Assembly (NCBI GenBank): GCA_054600435.1
Contig: BAAIJX010000018.1
Location: 124,001-188,000, forward strand
Length of the DNA stretch: 64,000 bases
Direction: 5' to 3'
DNA from: Neophaeotheca triangularis
Taxonomy: Eukaryota
The notes below the pieces were generated by a model. The model did not search any database and was not told the origin of the DNA. It saw nothing but the letters and a program-made list of their open reading frames with translations. This document shows positions 25,647 to 37,684 of the stretch, piece after piece. Made by a program: the position numbers and the translations under genes. Positions within the stretch are counted from its first letter, which is position 1. Each line of letters starts with the position of its first letter.

Positions 25647-25939
25647 TGGGAGCAGAGTATTGGAGGGTGTGGCAGCGGCTTGGCTGTGGCTTGTTTCATA
25701 AATGCTTTGAAGACGAGTTCTTTTTTTTTTACCCTTCTTTTACCCCGTTTTGTTCCCCGTCTCGCCGGGACTGCAATGTTTGAGATGGACAAGAGCGAAA
25801 GATACCCCTGAAAGTTGACAAAGACTGTCCCCTTTGAATCTTTGAATAGAGACAATTGATCAGACATTTCTCATTTATCCATCTCTCCTCGCCGCAATCT
25901 CTTCGATCGCTATTGCCCCTGTCGCAAGGTCCATTCTTC

Positions 25940-28180
25940 TCAATCCCAAGCTTCAAGAGTCTTGAGCACACATCCCTCGTCCACGCGATCGACGAGCTTT
26001 CCGACTTTGTTTACTTTCTCGCCACCAGCCCTCAGCACCTCCATCGCCTTCTCCACCTTGCTCTCCTCAACCACAATCACCATACCGAGGCCGGTATTCC
26101 ACGTACGCGCAAACTCCCGGCTAGTCATACCGGCCTTGTTCTTGAGCCATCGTTGAACTTCGGGGATTTCCCAAGCCGCCACGTCCATCTCTCCTGCCAG
26201 GTGTTTCGGCAGCATCCTCGGCACGTTGTCCTCGAGTCCTCCGCCCGTGATGTGCGCCATGCCGAGCAGCAGGTCCTGTTGAATGGCTGGGAGCAGCGGC
26301 TTGACGTATATTCTCGTGGGTGTGAGTAGGCTCTTTCCGACCGTGGTGCCGTCCTTTGCCCATGGGGCCTTGTCCTGGAAAGATAAGCCAGCCTTCTCGA
26401 TGACCTTGCGCACGAGTGAGTAGCCGTTGGAGTGTAGCCCGTTGCTGCCGAGACCCAGCAGGACGTTCCCAGCTCGCATTGCTTCCTTATCAGGCAGGAC
26501 TTTCTGGCCTCTGGCAATGGCACCTGTCGCGGCGCCACCTGCGTCGAACTCCTTGTCTTGATACATGCCAGGCATCTCCGCCGTTTCGCCACCAACGAGG
26601 GCGCAGTTGGACTGTTTGCAGCCCTCCGCGACCCCTTGGACAAAGCGAACAGCATCTTGCACATTGAGCTTCGAGCATGCGTAGTAATCCATAAAGGTCA
26701 AGGGTTCAGCACCCTGAACGATCAGGTCGTTGACATTCATAGCCACGAGATCGATACCAACAGTCGAATAGTCGTCCATGGCGAAGGCAATCTTGAGTTT
26801 GGTGCCGATACCATCAATGGCTTGCACGATGATCGGGGGTTCCGAGTATCCAGCAGCTGCGAGATCCAGTGCACCGCCGAAACCGCCAATCTCGGCATCA
26901 GCACCAGGTCTCCTCGTCGACTTGACTGCTGCTTTGATAGACTGTACAAGCTCGTTCCCGGCGTCTATCGAGACACCGGCGTCTGCGTAGGTCATGCCGC
27001 TGGCGGGGGTTTTCTCCGCAGACTCCGAGACAGTGAGCCCGTCGTAAGCAGGCTCGAGGAGCTTCCACTGGCAGGTGATGTTCTCTTTCTTGAATTGATC
27101 AATAAGATGCTGAGCGATATGTTCGAAGTTTTCCGTTGCCAGAGCGAGAACGGTCGGCCCGGCTCCTGACAGACAGATACCCAACAAACCCGGGTGGGAG
27201 GTTGGCGTTACAGATTGTAGTATCTCCGTCAACCCGGGTATCAAGGTCTTTCTATACGGTTGGTGCACTCTGTCTTGCATACCATCGTAAATCATGTCGG
27301 GGTTTGGGGGGCTCTGGCCGAGGGCGGTGGTCAGTAGAGCCACTCTCTGCAGGTTGTAGATGAGATCTTTCTTCTCGTATGAAGTCGGCAAGACTTCTCG
27401 TGCTTTGGCGGTCGACACCTCGAAATCCGGGATGATGGCGATGCATTTGATTTCCTTGGCCCACGGGAAGCGAATGTGCTTGCCAATGTCAAGCGGTGGC
27501 ACTGGAGGCCGGAGACCTGTGTCTTCACCACCTTGAGGTGCGGGTAAGACCTCCGCGAGTGGGATTTCCCGACGCTTCATATCTTCCGGGTTGAGCTCCT
27601 TCAGGTACGACCCGACAAAGCCACCAAATAAAGCGGCAGCGACGTTGTCTGGATGACGCTCAATCATCAAGCAAAAGTCCAGAATGCGGTCCTTGGACAG
27701 GCCTAGCTTCCCAGCCTCATTTGCGAGCGAGACACCGGCAACTACTGCGGCGCCCGATGACCCGAGTCCTCGACCAAGTGGGATTGGGTTGACAATGTGT
27801 ACGTGCGTGTTTGGTGGGAATGCTCGTTGGTCATGACACCTCAAGACATAGAGTGCCGTTTGAGTGATGAGATTTCGGTCTGCCACCAAGGGCACATCCT
27901 CCTTTCCCAGACCGTCGTACGTGATGCGACAATTGAAGGGGGAGGCTTGCGATCCGTCTGTATCCCGGGATATCTGCACTTCGAGCCATACGGAGAGCGC
28001 AAGACCAATCACGTCGAAGCCAGGGCCTTATACGAGGTCAGCTTTGGTCTCGTCTAAAGTGAGTAGTCTCGGGCTGGCCTTCATACCTATGTTGGCAGAG
28101 GAGCATGGAACCTCTTTTCATAGTTAGCATTCCGAAAAGGCGCAAGGAAGAATGTCGTTGTACTAACTAATGGTGATCAT
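25940..28180 (-). CDS. Fused homoserine kinase (Thr1, GHMP family) and AIR synthetase (Ade7/PurM)
   Basis: MITIKVPCSSANIGPGFDVIG across two short introns, PLGRGLGSSGAA, ERHPDN and CLSGAGPT. Then, in the same exon, MTYADAGVSIDAGN, DGIGTKL, DLVAMNVND, GGETAEMPG, SNGLHSNGYSLVR and AHITGGG. Confidence 0.93.
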
Positions 28181-28732
28181 CTTGAGTGGTTGAGAGGCCT
28201 GGAGCCTCACCGCTGTGAATGGAAAGCTCTATGATTCGGCCTCTGAGATTTGACAACTTGGGCAAAACCGATGTACACTTCCTTGCTCGGAATGTTAAGA
28301 TATCGCCAGCCAACAATAGAGTGCTGAAGCACGAAGTGAGCACAATTGCATTTCATGAAAAGCTCCGATCTACGGAGGTATGCTTCTTTTCTGGCCCCCA
28401 CACAATCTACCGAAGTCTCACCGTAGAGCACAGTCTTTGGTTCTGGGGGCGAGATGCCTTGTACGTGTGTATTATATTGATGCAATTGTTCAGGTCGTCT
28501 GTCATATATCCTACGGTGCAGTGTTGCCAACACGAAATCACGGTGCAAAGAACTCATCAAATCGCATTTTTCGACCGAGAAGGCTCTTCAGATCGCGGTC
28601 TGGAGCATACCGCATACCAACCCTTTCCTTTCGAAAAAAAGCGGGATATCATCTCATTTCGGTATATGTTCTTCTTTCGGTCGCTCTCGAGTTCCTTGCC
28701 AACTTCACTCACCCAATGTAGCCACCACCCTA

Positions 28733-30191
28733 CTACGACTTGACTGACAGTCCGCTCTTGGTGCCCACTATGCTCACAACATCCTCATCGTTCACCATAT
28801 GCGATAGCCCAACCCTTTGAGGGATATGCTTTGCACTTGCCCCCCACACCAAAGCATATTTGAAGCTGTCCTTGAGCGTCCTATGGATCTGGTCGCAGAC
28901 ATCTTCAATGGTGCTTTTGTTCCGCACAATGAGAGCTTCGCTGAAGTCAGGATCAATGCCCTTGCGCTTGGTGTAGATGCGAATCAGGCGAAGTTCATCC
29001 CAGCACCTGTCCACCACGTCCCGTATGCCGAGGTCAAGCTCGCAAGACATGACTTCGGTGTTTGGCTCCCTGGCTAGCTTGTCGAGATGCTCCAGTGAGA
29101 TGCTGTCGATTTTGTTGTAGGCGTAGAGACACTTGATGTAGGTGCGGTGATCTTTCATGATGACGTCGATGAATTGGTCGATGGTGGCTGTCGAGGTCAG
29201 TATGCAGAGCGGATTGCATGCGCATGAATACTTTCGCTGCAAACATACCATATTCGTCTCGAACGAGCACTTCACAATTCAGCATCTTGTAGTCGCGAAG
29301 AATGTTGTACAGCATCTTGTCATCCAGGTACTTCGGAGGCGACTGAAAAGTTATTTTCATGCCTCCTGCCTTCTTTTGCTTGAGGTAGATGTCGCTGTAC
29401 ATTTATCAGTAGATGCATTGGAGGAATGCAGGCCGACTCGTGCTTACGGTGGCTCCTGATTCAGCCGAATGCCCACAGCCTCCAATTCTGCCTCCAGCAA
29501 TGCTCGCTGCTCGGCTCTCTTTGTGGCGTCCAAGACCATTAGTACCATATCACTGGTCTTTGCAGCAGAAATGACTTGACGGCCTCGGCCTTTGCCTTCG
29601 GCAGCACCTTCGATGATACCTGGCAAATCAAGCACCTGGATTTCCGCGCCTCCATACTCCAACACTCCAGGAATGGCCGTGAGGGTGGTGAAAGAGTAAG
29701 CTGCGACCTCCGATTTGGTTTTTGTGATCTTCGAAAGGAATGTCGACTTTCCTACCGAGGGGAAACCGACCAGGGCTATCCTAGCATCACCCGATTTGGA
29801 GACATCGAAACCAGCTCCGGCAGCACCACCGGCGCCTGGTCCAGGCTCCAGGAGTTGGGCGCGCAGTCGTGCAAGCTTTCTAAAAGCCGTCAGTATCTGT
29901 GGGAATTTATCTCATGGACCGGCGCTGATACCCTTTTAAAAGACCGAGATGGTACTCTACTCCTCAGTTAGCGGCCATGTTGAACATCACTCTTGATGTC
30001 GAGCAGCGTACCCGTCGCCTTGTTTTCTGTGGCTTGTCAGTCGCTCAATTCTCCCAAGTAGTTGACAGCTAGACGTTATTACTTTGGGTCCTTTTCATCT
30101 CATCCTCGATCCTAGGTTCACCGTAAGAATTTGTGATTCTATTTTGGTGAAGGCACGCTTACTCCTTGATCTTGTCCGTGATGTTGACCAT
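28733..30191 (-). CDS. RBG2: Ribosome-interacting GTPase Rbg2 (DRG2 family)
   Basis: [32 protein letters not shown] spread over several very short exons, then [22 protein letters not shown] and a TGS domain (PQRVGLSH...DEDVVSI). Confidence 0.93.
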
Positions 30192-30622
30192 GGTGGCAAC
30201 AAAACGCTAGCCTCGAGGCCAGCAAGAGTGTCTTCGTGATGTCGAGTGACTTGAACTCTAGACTTTGTTTGTTAAAGATATGCCTTGCAAGCTGAATAAC
30301 TGAGAGGGAGAGAGAGGGCTTGAGATGTGGAGTTCCATGCTCCAGACTTAGTGGCCCGTGCTCAGAACATCGCTGGACGTCATGGAAACGGATGAGACAA
30401 ACGACAAGCAGAGATAGAAAAATCAACATACTCAAGTTTAATTGTTTAATAGTTATCACCCCTGGCTCGCAGCCTCCTGCCGCCCCAAAAGCCACTGCTG
30501 GTCAACGTACCAACCCTCTTCGCAATACCGGAACATACATACCATGTGAAGCACGCCACAGTGAAGGCATCACGGAAAGAATAGACATTTTTTGATCATT
30601 TGCGCAACGTCTGGCTTGTCTC

Positions 30623-32254
30623 ATGCTACCTTCAAACATCAACACGCCTCGGGAGGCCACTTTGTATTACGATGGCATTTACGACTCCCTAATCTCGACC
30701 GGCCAAGCCCAGCCTTTTATCTATCCTTGGGCCAGTGCCGGAGCCGGCATCGTTATACTCTACCTATTGATCGACCACCGGCGATCGAGATGGCTAGAGC
30801 TATTAAGGTTTCCCGTATTTGTCCTCCTGTTCGCCTTCTCAGCATGGTCTGTGGCAACCAACAGAGCTCGCAACCCAGCCGCTTCCTTTGGCGTTGGTCT
30901 CATCTCTTCCTGGGGCACACTGTGGGTTAGCACCTTCATGGTGATCCGGGACTGCCAGAAGGAGTTTAGGAGGATCGAGAAGTCCGAAGCCGTACCGCTA
31001 GAGCTCGACGAGTCCAACACCAATGGCCATACGACCAGCAGTCAGAAGCTCGATTCCCCTCAGAACGGCGCGATCAAACAAAGACACCCGCGCCGGACGA
31101 CTTCGCTTCAAAACGCAGATGCGCTCAAAGGCCCAGCCTCCCGTCGTGGACCCCTTTTCTGGCAAGCCTACCCGTCAGCCCCGTTCCGCGAGCGCCTCGA
31201 CTGGATAGCAGACATATTTTGCAGCTTCCGCGGTGTCGGCTGGTCCTGCCAGGTATCTGGCATCCCGCCAGCACCGAAGTGGGTACAGTCGCAACTCGAA
31301 GGACATCCCACGCCACAAGACCCTAGCGAAGGCACCCAGGGCAGCCACGTCGGCATCAAGCGCTACAACGACCGCTCAGAGCTCCTGCGAACAAGTCTCC
31401 AGCACGTGGCAACCGGCATCGTCGTCCTGGACATCTGCAAGACTATAATGGCCCACGACGCGTACTTCTGGGGCAACATGGCCGCCCAGCCACCGGCATA
31501 CCTGCCCGACTACATCAGCACCTCCTACACGCTGGTCAAAACCTACCGGCTCCTCGTCAGCCTCGCGTCGATCTACACGGCGCTCTTCACAATCTTCAAA
31601 CTCGGCCCGCTCTTCTTCTGCGGCGTGCTCGGACCCAAATGGATCGGTGTCCGGGGCGAGGCGTGGATGCAACCGGACAGCTTCGGCTCCTATCAACCGG
31701 TTTTCGACAAAGGCCTCGCGGGCTGGTGGGGCGGCTGGTGGCACCAGACTTTTCGCAGGGCTTTCGAGGCACCGGGCACGCGGATTCTGGAAGCTACGGG
31801 GATAGAGCCGCGCTCCGAGCTGGGCAAGTTCATCTCGCTCTGCGTGGCTTTCTTTCTGTCGGGCTGCTTGCACGCTTGTGGGAGCTACACTCAGCTTGGC
31901 GACACGAGGCCGCTTTGGGGGCCGATGAGGTTTTTCTTGTTGCAGATTCTTGGCATTATGGGACAGACGTATGCTAGTCAGTTGCTGGCTAAGGCGGGCG
32001 TGACGCAGATGATGCCAAAAATGGTCCGACAGCTTGCCAACTTCTTTTGTGTGCATGTTTGGCTCTACCACACGGCCCCGTTACTGATGGATGATTTTGC
32101 GAGGGGAGGCATCTGGCTATTCGAGCCGCTTCCTTTCAGCCCTTTGCGAGGCCTGGGTCTAGGTGCCAAAGACGATGGTTGGTATTGTTGGGGAGACGGA
32201 GTGGTATTTTGGAGAACGGGAAAGCATTTCTGGAATACTGGTCTAGCGTTCTAA
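30623..32254 (+). CDS. Membrane-bound O-acyltransferase (wax synthase/MBOAT_2-like)
   Basis: SFRGVGWS, GLAGWWGGWWHQTFR and VAFFLSGCLH (catalytic His region), with multiple hydrophobic segments. Confidence 0.87.
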   Translation: MLPSNINTPREATLYYDGIYDSLISTGQAQPFIYPWASAGAGIVILYLLIDHRRSRWLELLRFPVFVLLFAFSAWSVATNRARNPAASFGVGLISSWGTLWVSTFMVIRDCQKEFRRIEKSEAVPLELDESNTNGHTTSSQKLDSPQNGAIKQRHPRRTTSLQNADALKGPASRRGPLFWQAYPSAPFRERLDWIADIFCSFRGVGWSCQVSGIPPAPKWVQSQLEGHPTPQDPSEGTQGSHVGIKRYNDRSELLRTSLQHVATGIVVLDICKTIMAHDAYFWGNMAAQPPAYLPDYISTSYTLVKTYRLLVSLASIYTALFTIFKLGPLFFCGVLGPKWIGVRGEAWMQPDSFGSYQPVFDKGLAGWWGGWWHQTFRRAFEAPGTRILEATGIEPRSELGKFISLCVAFFLSGCLHACGSYTQLGDTRPLWGPMRFFLLQILGIMGQTYASQLLAKAGVTQMMPKMVRQLANFFCVHVWLYHTAPLLMDDFARGGIWLFEPLPFSPLRGLGLGAKDDGWYCWGDGVVFWRTGKHFWNTGLAF

Positions 32255-32425
32255 GCGTGCTGCATTTCCTAGATAGAACACTAGATGTGGAACTGAACCA
32301 TTGGTATTGACTATGGCATTATCGTCTTACTTGCATATAAATGCGCTGTATCTTTGCCACAGGTGCTGCTGCTCGCTTATCATACCTCATACCGCATACC
32401 ATCGTGTTGCTGCTATTTCGCTAGC

Positions 32426-33939
32426 TCAGGCCTTGGTGGCCATGTTGACAGAGCTTACGCTGCTGTCCTCGCGCGGCGCCAAATTCTTCTTACTGACCAG
32501 CCTAAAGCCACCGACTAGCATGATCAAGCTCTGAATGGCAAGAATCACGATGAGCGTCACTAACGCACCAATGACCCCGTTCACAGCAGGGCTCAAACCA
32601 TTACCGCCTGCACTACCTTGTTCTTCGGAAGATTGGAGGCTCCCCGTTGCGTCTGAGCCGTAAGCGGCACATGTGCCGGTGAAGTTGCCGCAGGCCGTGC
32701 ACCATTTCTCGGTATCGCCGAGGGCAAATTGGTTCATGCCGCTGCTGAAGTCTTTCCAGCTGAGCGAGTCGCTACCAGACCCGAAGAGCGGGTATTGAAC
32801 AGGCTCGGAGTAGTTGTCCGCGGTGCCGTTGTGGAAGAGGAATCTCACATTGATGTCTTCCACGTCAGGGTAGCTGCCCGAGCTTATGTCCGCAGTGGTG
32901 AAGAGCTCGAAAGACATGGAGCTGGCGTAGTCTGGAACTCCCATGAAGTCAGAGTTATCTTTCTGAAGATCCGCCAGGCCAAAAAAGCTCATGAATGTGC
33001 CGTAGCTCCCAAACTGTATGCCAATCTTCTGCTCGCCCTCACTCTCAATCGACTCCTTGAGGAATTGTACAATCTCCGCGGCCAAAGTCATCCCGGCGAC
33101 TGCACGCATGTTGTCGGAGGAGTTGTAGGCAAGGCCCCATTGTTGGGAGTCGGCAAGAGTACGCAGCTGAAGCATGACCTCCGGGGTCAAGAGATCCGAG
33201 GAAGAGATCGTCTCGTTGTGGATACTGGCAACGTGGATGTAATCCCAGACTGTGAAATTGTCAGATCCCCAACACATTTGGCTAGTTTACGATCTCCTTA
33301 CTTACTGCTGTAGGCATTATTGAAGTTGGATTCGCTCTCGTCAAACTCGGACTGAATGACCGGGAGCAAATTGTTGTAGAAGCCTTCGGTGCTCTCTAGC
33401 AAGCTCGTGTACTCCTCGCTTTCGAAGTAGTCGTCGGAGCTGGTGACGGCCTGAGCGCATCCAGTAGATTCTTGTAACCAGGTGTTGTCTTCGCTGCCAC
33501 TGCCAGACTCGATGAGAGTCACCGGGATCAGCTGGTACCCGTTCAGAGGCGAGCTAACGGTGCTGCCATTTCTCAACTCTTGCGAACCAAGGGTAGCGCC
33601 AACGGGAGGGTAGAGGCCCTGCAAAAAGCCGACGGCAGAGTTTTGCAGCACTGTCGATGCTGGGGACGTGATGCTGATTTGGCTCTGCTTGACTAGATCG
33701 CTGTTGATGCCATCGATGCGGTACTCGGCGTCAGAAGTAATGTAGCGGTTCCGGTAGTAGTCGCCGGATGTGTAGACCTGTCGATAGCCCAAGTCGGTGA
33801 GGTTTGATGGCGCTGTGACCTTTGCTGTCCTGTCTCCATGGCGGTGGAACAGGTAGGCACCCAGTATCGTCTCATCACCTTGAGCCAGCACTGAAGCTGC
33901 TGGCAAGGCCGCAAGCGCTAGGAGTGAGCGAGAGAACAT
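32426..33939 (-). CDS. Histidine (acid) phosphatase-family type I membrane protein
   Basis: Signal peptide, RHGDRT motif and a C-terminal TM helix (VIGALVTLIVILAIQSLIML); intron 33250-33305. Confidence 0.87.
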
Positions 33940-33986
33940 GGTCGGGGGCGGGTCGGTGGAGTTGGGGCGTGATGGAACTGAGACGA

Positions 33987-34017
<31 letters not shown>

Positions 34018-34018
34018 G
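33987..34018. repeat. (GTT)n/(AAC)n microsatellite
   Basis: About 10 perfect GTT units just upstream of the phosphatase ATG. Confidence 0.9.
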
Positions 34019-34703
34019 GACTGAAGCGGCAGACGACGGGTCTTTTGTCAATTGAGTAAGGTGATAGCAATCATGAGGTGCTCCCAGAGCTACTTCCCTA
34101 TCAGGCCTTAGCCTTTCCTGCCCTCACTGAAAGATAATCCGCTCGGCAAGCGCGAATGGCCATTGGCTTCCTGGCAACTGACCGAAAGCTTGGGTGGGGC
34201 TTGTTTTCCACCCGGACAGCTTAGACCGGCATCGGCGGCACTTTGACCAACATGCCCCGCTTGTGCCTGCGGAGGTCGCCGAGAAGCCGTTCGAACGGAA
34301 GCTCGCTGTCGATTTACTGCATGCGGAAAGATGGTCAATTCCTTGTGGGACGAGCCTGTCGCCCCTGTTACCGAGCTCCTCAGGGCGCTCGCCTAGCCCT
34401 GCCGCACAGCAACATGCTGTTCGTGTAATGTGTATCTCCGGTACCTCACCGCTGCACTTGGGACGTTCGAGACGATCCTCTGTGACAGCCGTGTCTTGCT
34501 TCCGGTGCTTCTCAAGTGAGGGTGGTATCTCCCTGGGCGTACATTCCACCAACAGAGGCCTCACATAGCATCATCATCAAGCGCTTCGTATGGCGCCAGA
34601 ATATCGGCAAACCGGTCGACTCCATTCGGCGCAGACAGTCCGGGTGACTTCCTACCCTTTAATCCGTCTGGCGATGCTCAAAGTGCGTCCTACGGGAGCC
34701 ATC

Positions 34704-36923
34704 TCAAGTTATCGTAGCAGTCCAGCCCCATTCTCTCATCAAGTCTTGAACACGCGCTTCCGTAGAGCATCCAGTGTCACTCTCAATAGCCCGTAGGAGC
34801 TCAACAACCACTCTCCGTTCGTCGTCGCTTTCGAGACACGATCCAGCAATGTAGAGAGGCAATAGCATCTCAACCCTAACAGCTGGCGCTGGCCTTCCTA
34901 GAGCTATACCACAAATCTCGTGTGCGTGTTTTATCGCTTCGTTCGATACCTCTCGATAAGCCGAAAGACGAGAGCCGGCTGCCACGTTTGGATCCACGGG
35001 CTTGTTGAGTAGCAGAATGATTCGTGCAAAGTGATACAGCTGGACAGACGCAGCGCAGACGTCTATGCTGAAGAACACTTCCATGAGCTGAGTGCCAATG
35101 GTCGGTTGTCCCTTGATCCGGATAGGATGTTTAATCTGTGCGCAGGGTTGAAATGTCTCCGGCAGCGTACTGTGCCATGCTTCGAGCTGGCTAGTCAGCG
35201 TATCCCATTGTTCCTGCCGAACATCAAAAGCAGAGGTGTCGGTGTTGCTTGCGTAGAAGTTCACCAGGCGCAGGACGATGTACAACAACGTATGAGCGAC
35301 CAGTTCCACGGTAGGGCGATGGAGGCCCGGGTCTTTGCTGACGTCCTTTGGATTGGTATACAGAGAGCCATCCTCTCCAAGCTCAAGGCCGCAGCTTTTC
35401 CACATATTGCGGTCCTCAGTATCCAACAAAGTTGGTGTCCGATTGATGTACGCGGCCTGGTAGTCAGCTCTGGCAAAGTTCCAGAAAGATGCCCGATGCC
35501 CACCGCTGACGGCTGGCGAAATTCCAAGCAACGATGACTGGCCCACAGCAACGGCACTCAGCAACGATTTGAGGCCCGACAGATGCCTTTAGTCAAGAGT
35601 CAGCAGAGAGCTAATAACCGTGGTAGCTTCTAAATGCCTACTGTAACCAACCGTGCTCAAGGTTGTCAAGAGACTCATACAGAGAAAAGATTGACACCGC
35701 TACGAGCAGATCGTCCGAATTTGCTGACGACAGGGTCATCTGGGTGTCTGGAGTCGAGGGTCCGTTTAGTGTGCCTGATAGTGCTTGCAGATACAACCGG
35801 GAGCAAGCAATGGCCTTGTCGTAGTAATTGGCCGCCTTGTAGAACCAGTCAACGTGCACTATATCGTCCATGGTCTCCATACTAGCCGGTCTTTGGCGTT
35901 GAGAAGGGCAGAAAGGCTTGTTGCCTTTCACTCTCCCCAATTGTTTGGCCGCAACAGCGGCGACGGCATTGCGGAGAAGGGCGTCTCGAAGAGCCTTCAA
36001 CGGAACAAGATGCCCACTACAGTTGTTAGTGCCAGATGGGTGATGTTGTCTTTTTGCAAAACTCACAAATGCTGGTCGATGTCGAAAAGGTCCATCCAAG
36101 GACCGATTGCCTCTGTGAAATGCCGTATCAAGAAGCTCATCTCATGCTCACGGTCATCTGTAAGCAGTTGGCTGGTCTGAAGTTGTGTCTCGCCTGCCCA
36201 CATGTTGAAATCGGTCAACGAAGGCAAGCCGAGGTCGGGGCTCATGTCACCCATGGAGTCTCGTTGCATGTCGCTTTTGTCGACTTCGTCCACGATGTTG
36301 GGCGCATTAGGTATAAAACCGCAAGAGTTGTTATTACGGCTGTAGAAGGCCGAAGGATCTATGTCGAATAGCTCAGGATCGAACGAGTCATCAAACCATT
36401 GGTCGAAGGTAGCATCGTTGTCTGCAAACTGCATGGGCGGGAACTCGGACATGCCACCCATGTTGACATTGGTACCTGACAACGGTTGTGGTCTGGTATG
36501 CCATTCGCTTTGCGTTTGAGTGGCAGCAGGACCTGAGGTAGGGTTGGCGAATCCATGCTGATAGTTTTGGGGAGTGGCGTGTGACGAGATGCCTCCTGAG
36601 AGTGTTGGTGAGCCAGCCAGCGACTGCGCCTGCAAGGAACCAAGGCGGCCACTTTCGTCAACGGATCTGGCCTCGCCATCTGCAGGTCCTTGAAACTTCT
36701 TCCGCAGTCCGACCCCTTCGTCTACAAACTTTCGCTTCTTGTCGTAGCCGGGACAAGGCTTTTGTAACTTTTCACAACGTAAGCAGCTGGGGATCAGCTT
36801 GTCACATCTGCTGATGGTCAATATGGGTCCCTGGATGCCGCAGACATGAACTTTTGAAAACACCTACTTGACACGCCTTTCTCTGCACCTATCGCAGGCG
36901 CGCTCCGAATACTCGCTGGCCAT
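34704..36923 (-). CDS. Zn(II)2Cys6 fungal transcription factor
   Basis: MASEYSERACDRCRERRVK, intron, CDKLIPSCLRCEKLQKPCPGY, then a fungal TF middle region (FLIRHF...GPWMDLFD, PLYIAGSCL). Further introns near 36017-36066 and 35590-35636. Confidence 0.9.
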
Positions 36924-37684
36924 TCAAGGCTTAGACTGATGGTTGTCGCAGAGCGGATAATAATGGAGCCAATGTCACCGCCACAAGCTCCGCGGTCTGG
37001 CATGAGCTGCCGGTTATTCAGACCGGCGTAAGTACCTTAGGCGTGTTAGGCGTGTTTGCGTTTAGGGAGCCTGAGTAAGATTTCGAAGCGTATCAGAGAC
37101 AGATGCTGGGCGCGAGATGTTGAACATTGTTCCAACAACGACGCTAACAAGATGAGATGAGGTTGCAAGGTGTAGGAGGTACCTAGGTAAGGTAGGTAAG
37201 TGGTAAGGTAGGTAGGTACGGTAGATAGGGTGTAATGAGTGCGCTAGCCGAAGCGGACGCATGGGAGGTACCTTACCTTAGGTATATGGGTATCATGTAA
37301 GCGAATCACAGACGGTGAAACGGTCAGGCTGAGCCAAAAAACCTGTTACTAATCCAGTTAGCCGAGACCGGCGCTGTCACCTGCAGATGAATAACAACAC
37401 AGTTAGCTACTACCTACTTCCGTACTAGTACTTGTGATACCTAAGGTACTGTAGGTACAGTAGACCGTAGACGCCGGCCCGTTAGAGTGGCGTGGCGTGC
37501 TGGCACATGCCGTCTCGATGTTATCTCACACTCGTAGAGATCTACCTAGATATCTTCCCATCAGCACGCTTTTGCTATGTGGTTTGTTTCAACAGAGAGT
37601 TGGACATCTTCGTAGCGAGCGACAACAAGACATGAAGTGCGACGGGCTTCGAATCATCACAGAACCTTTCGCTTCGTCCCCGCC

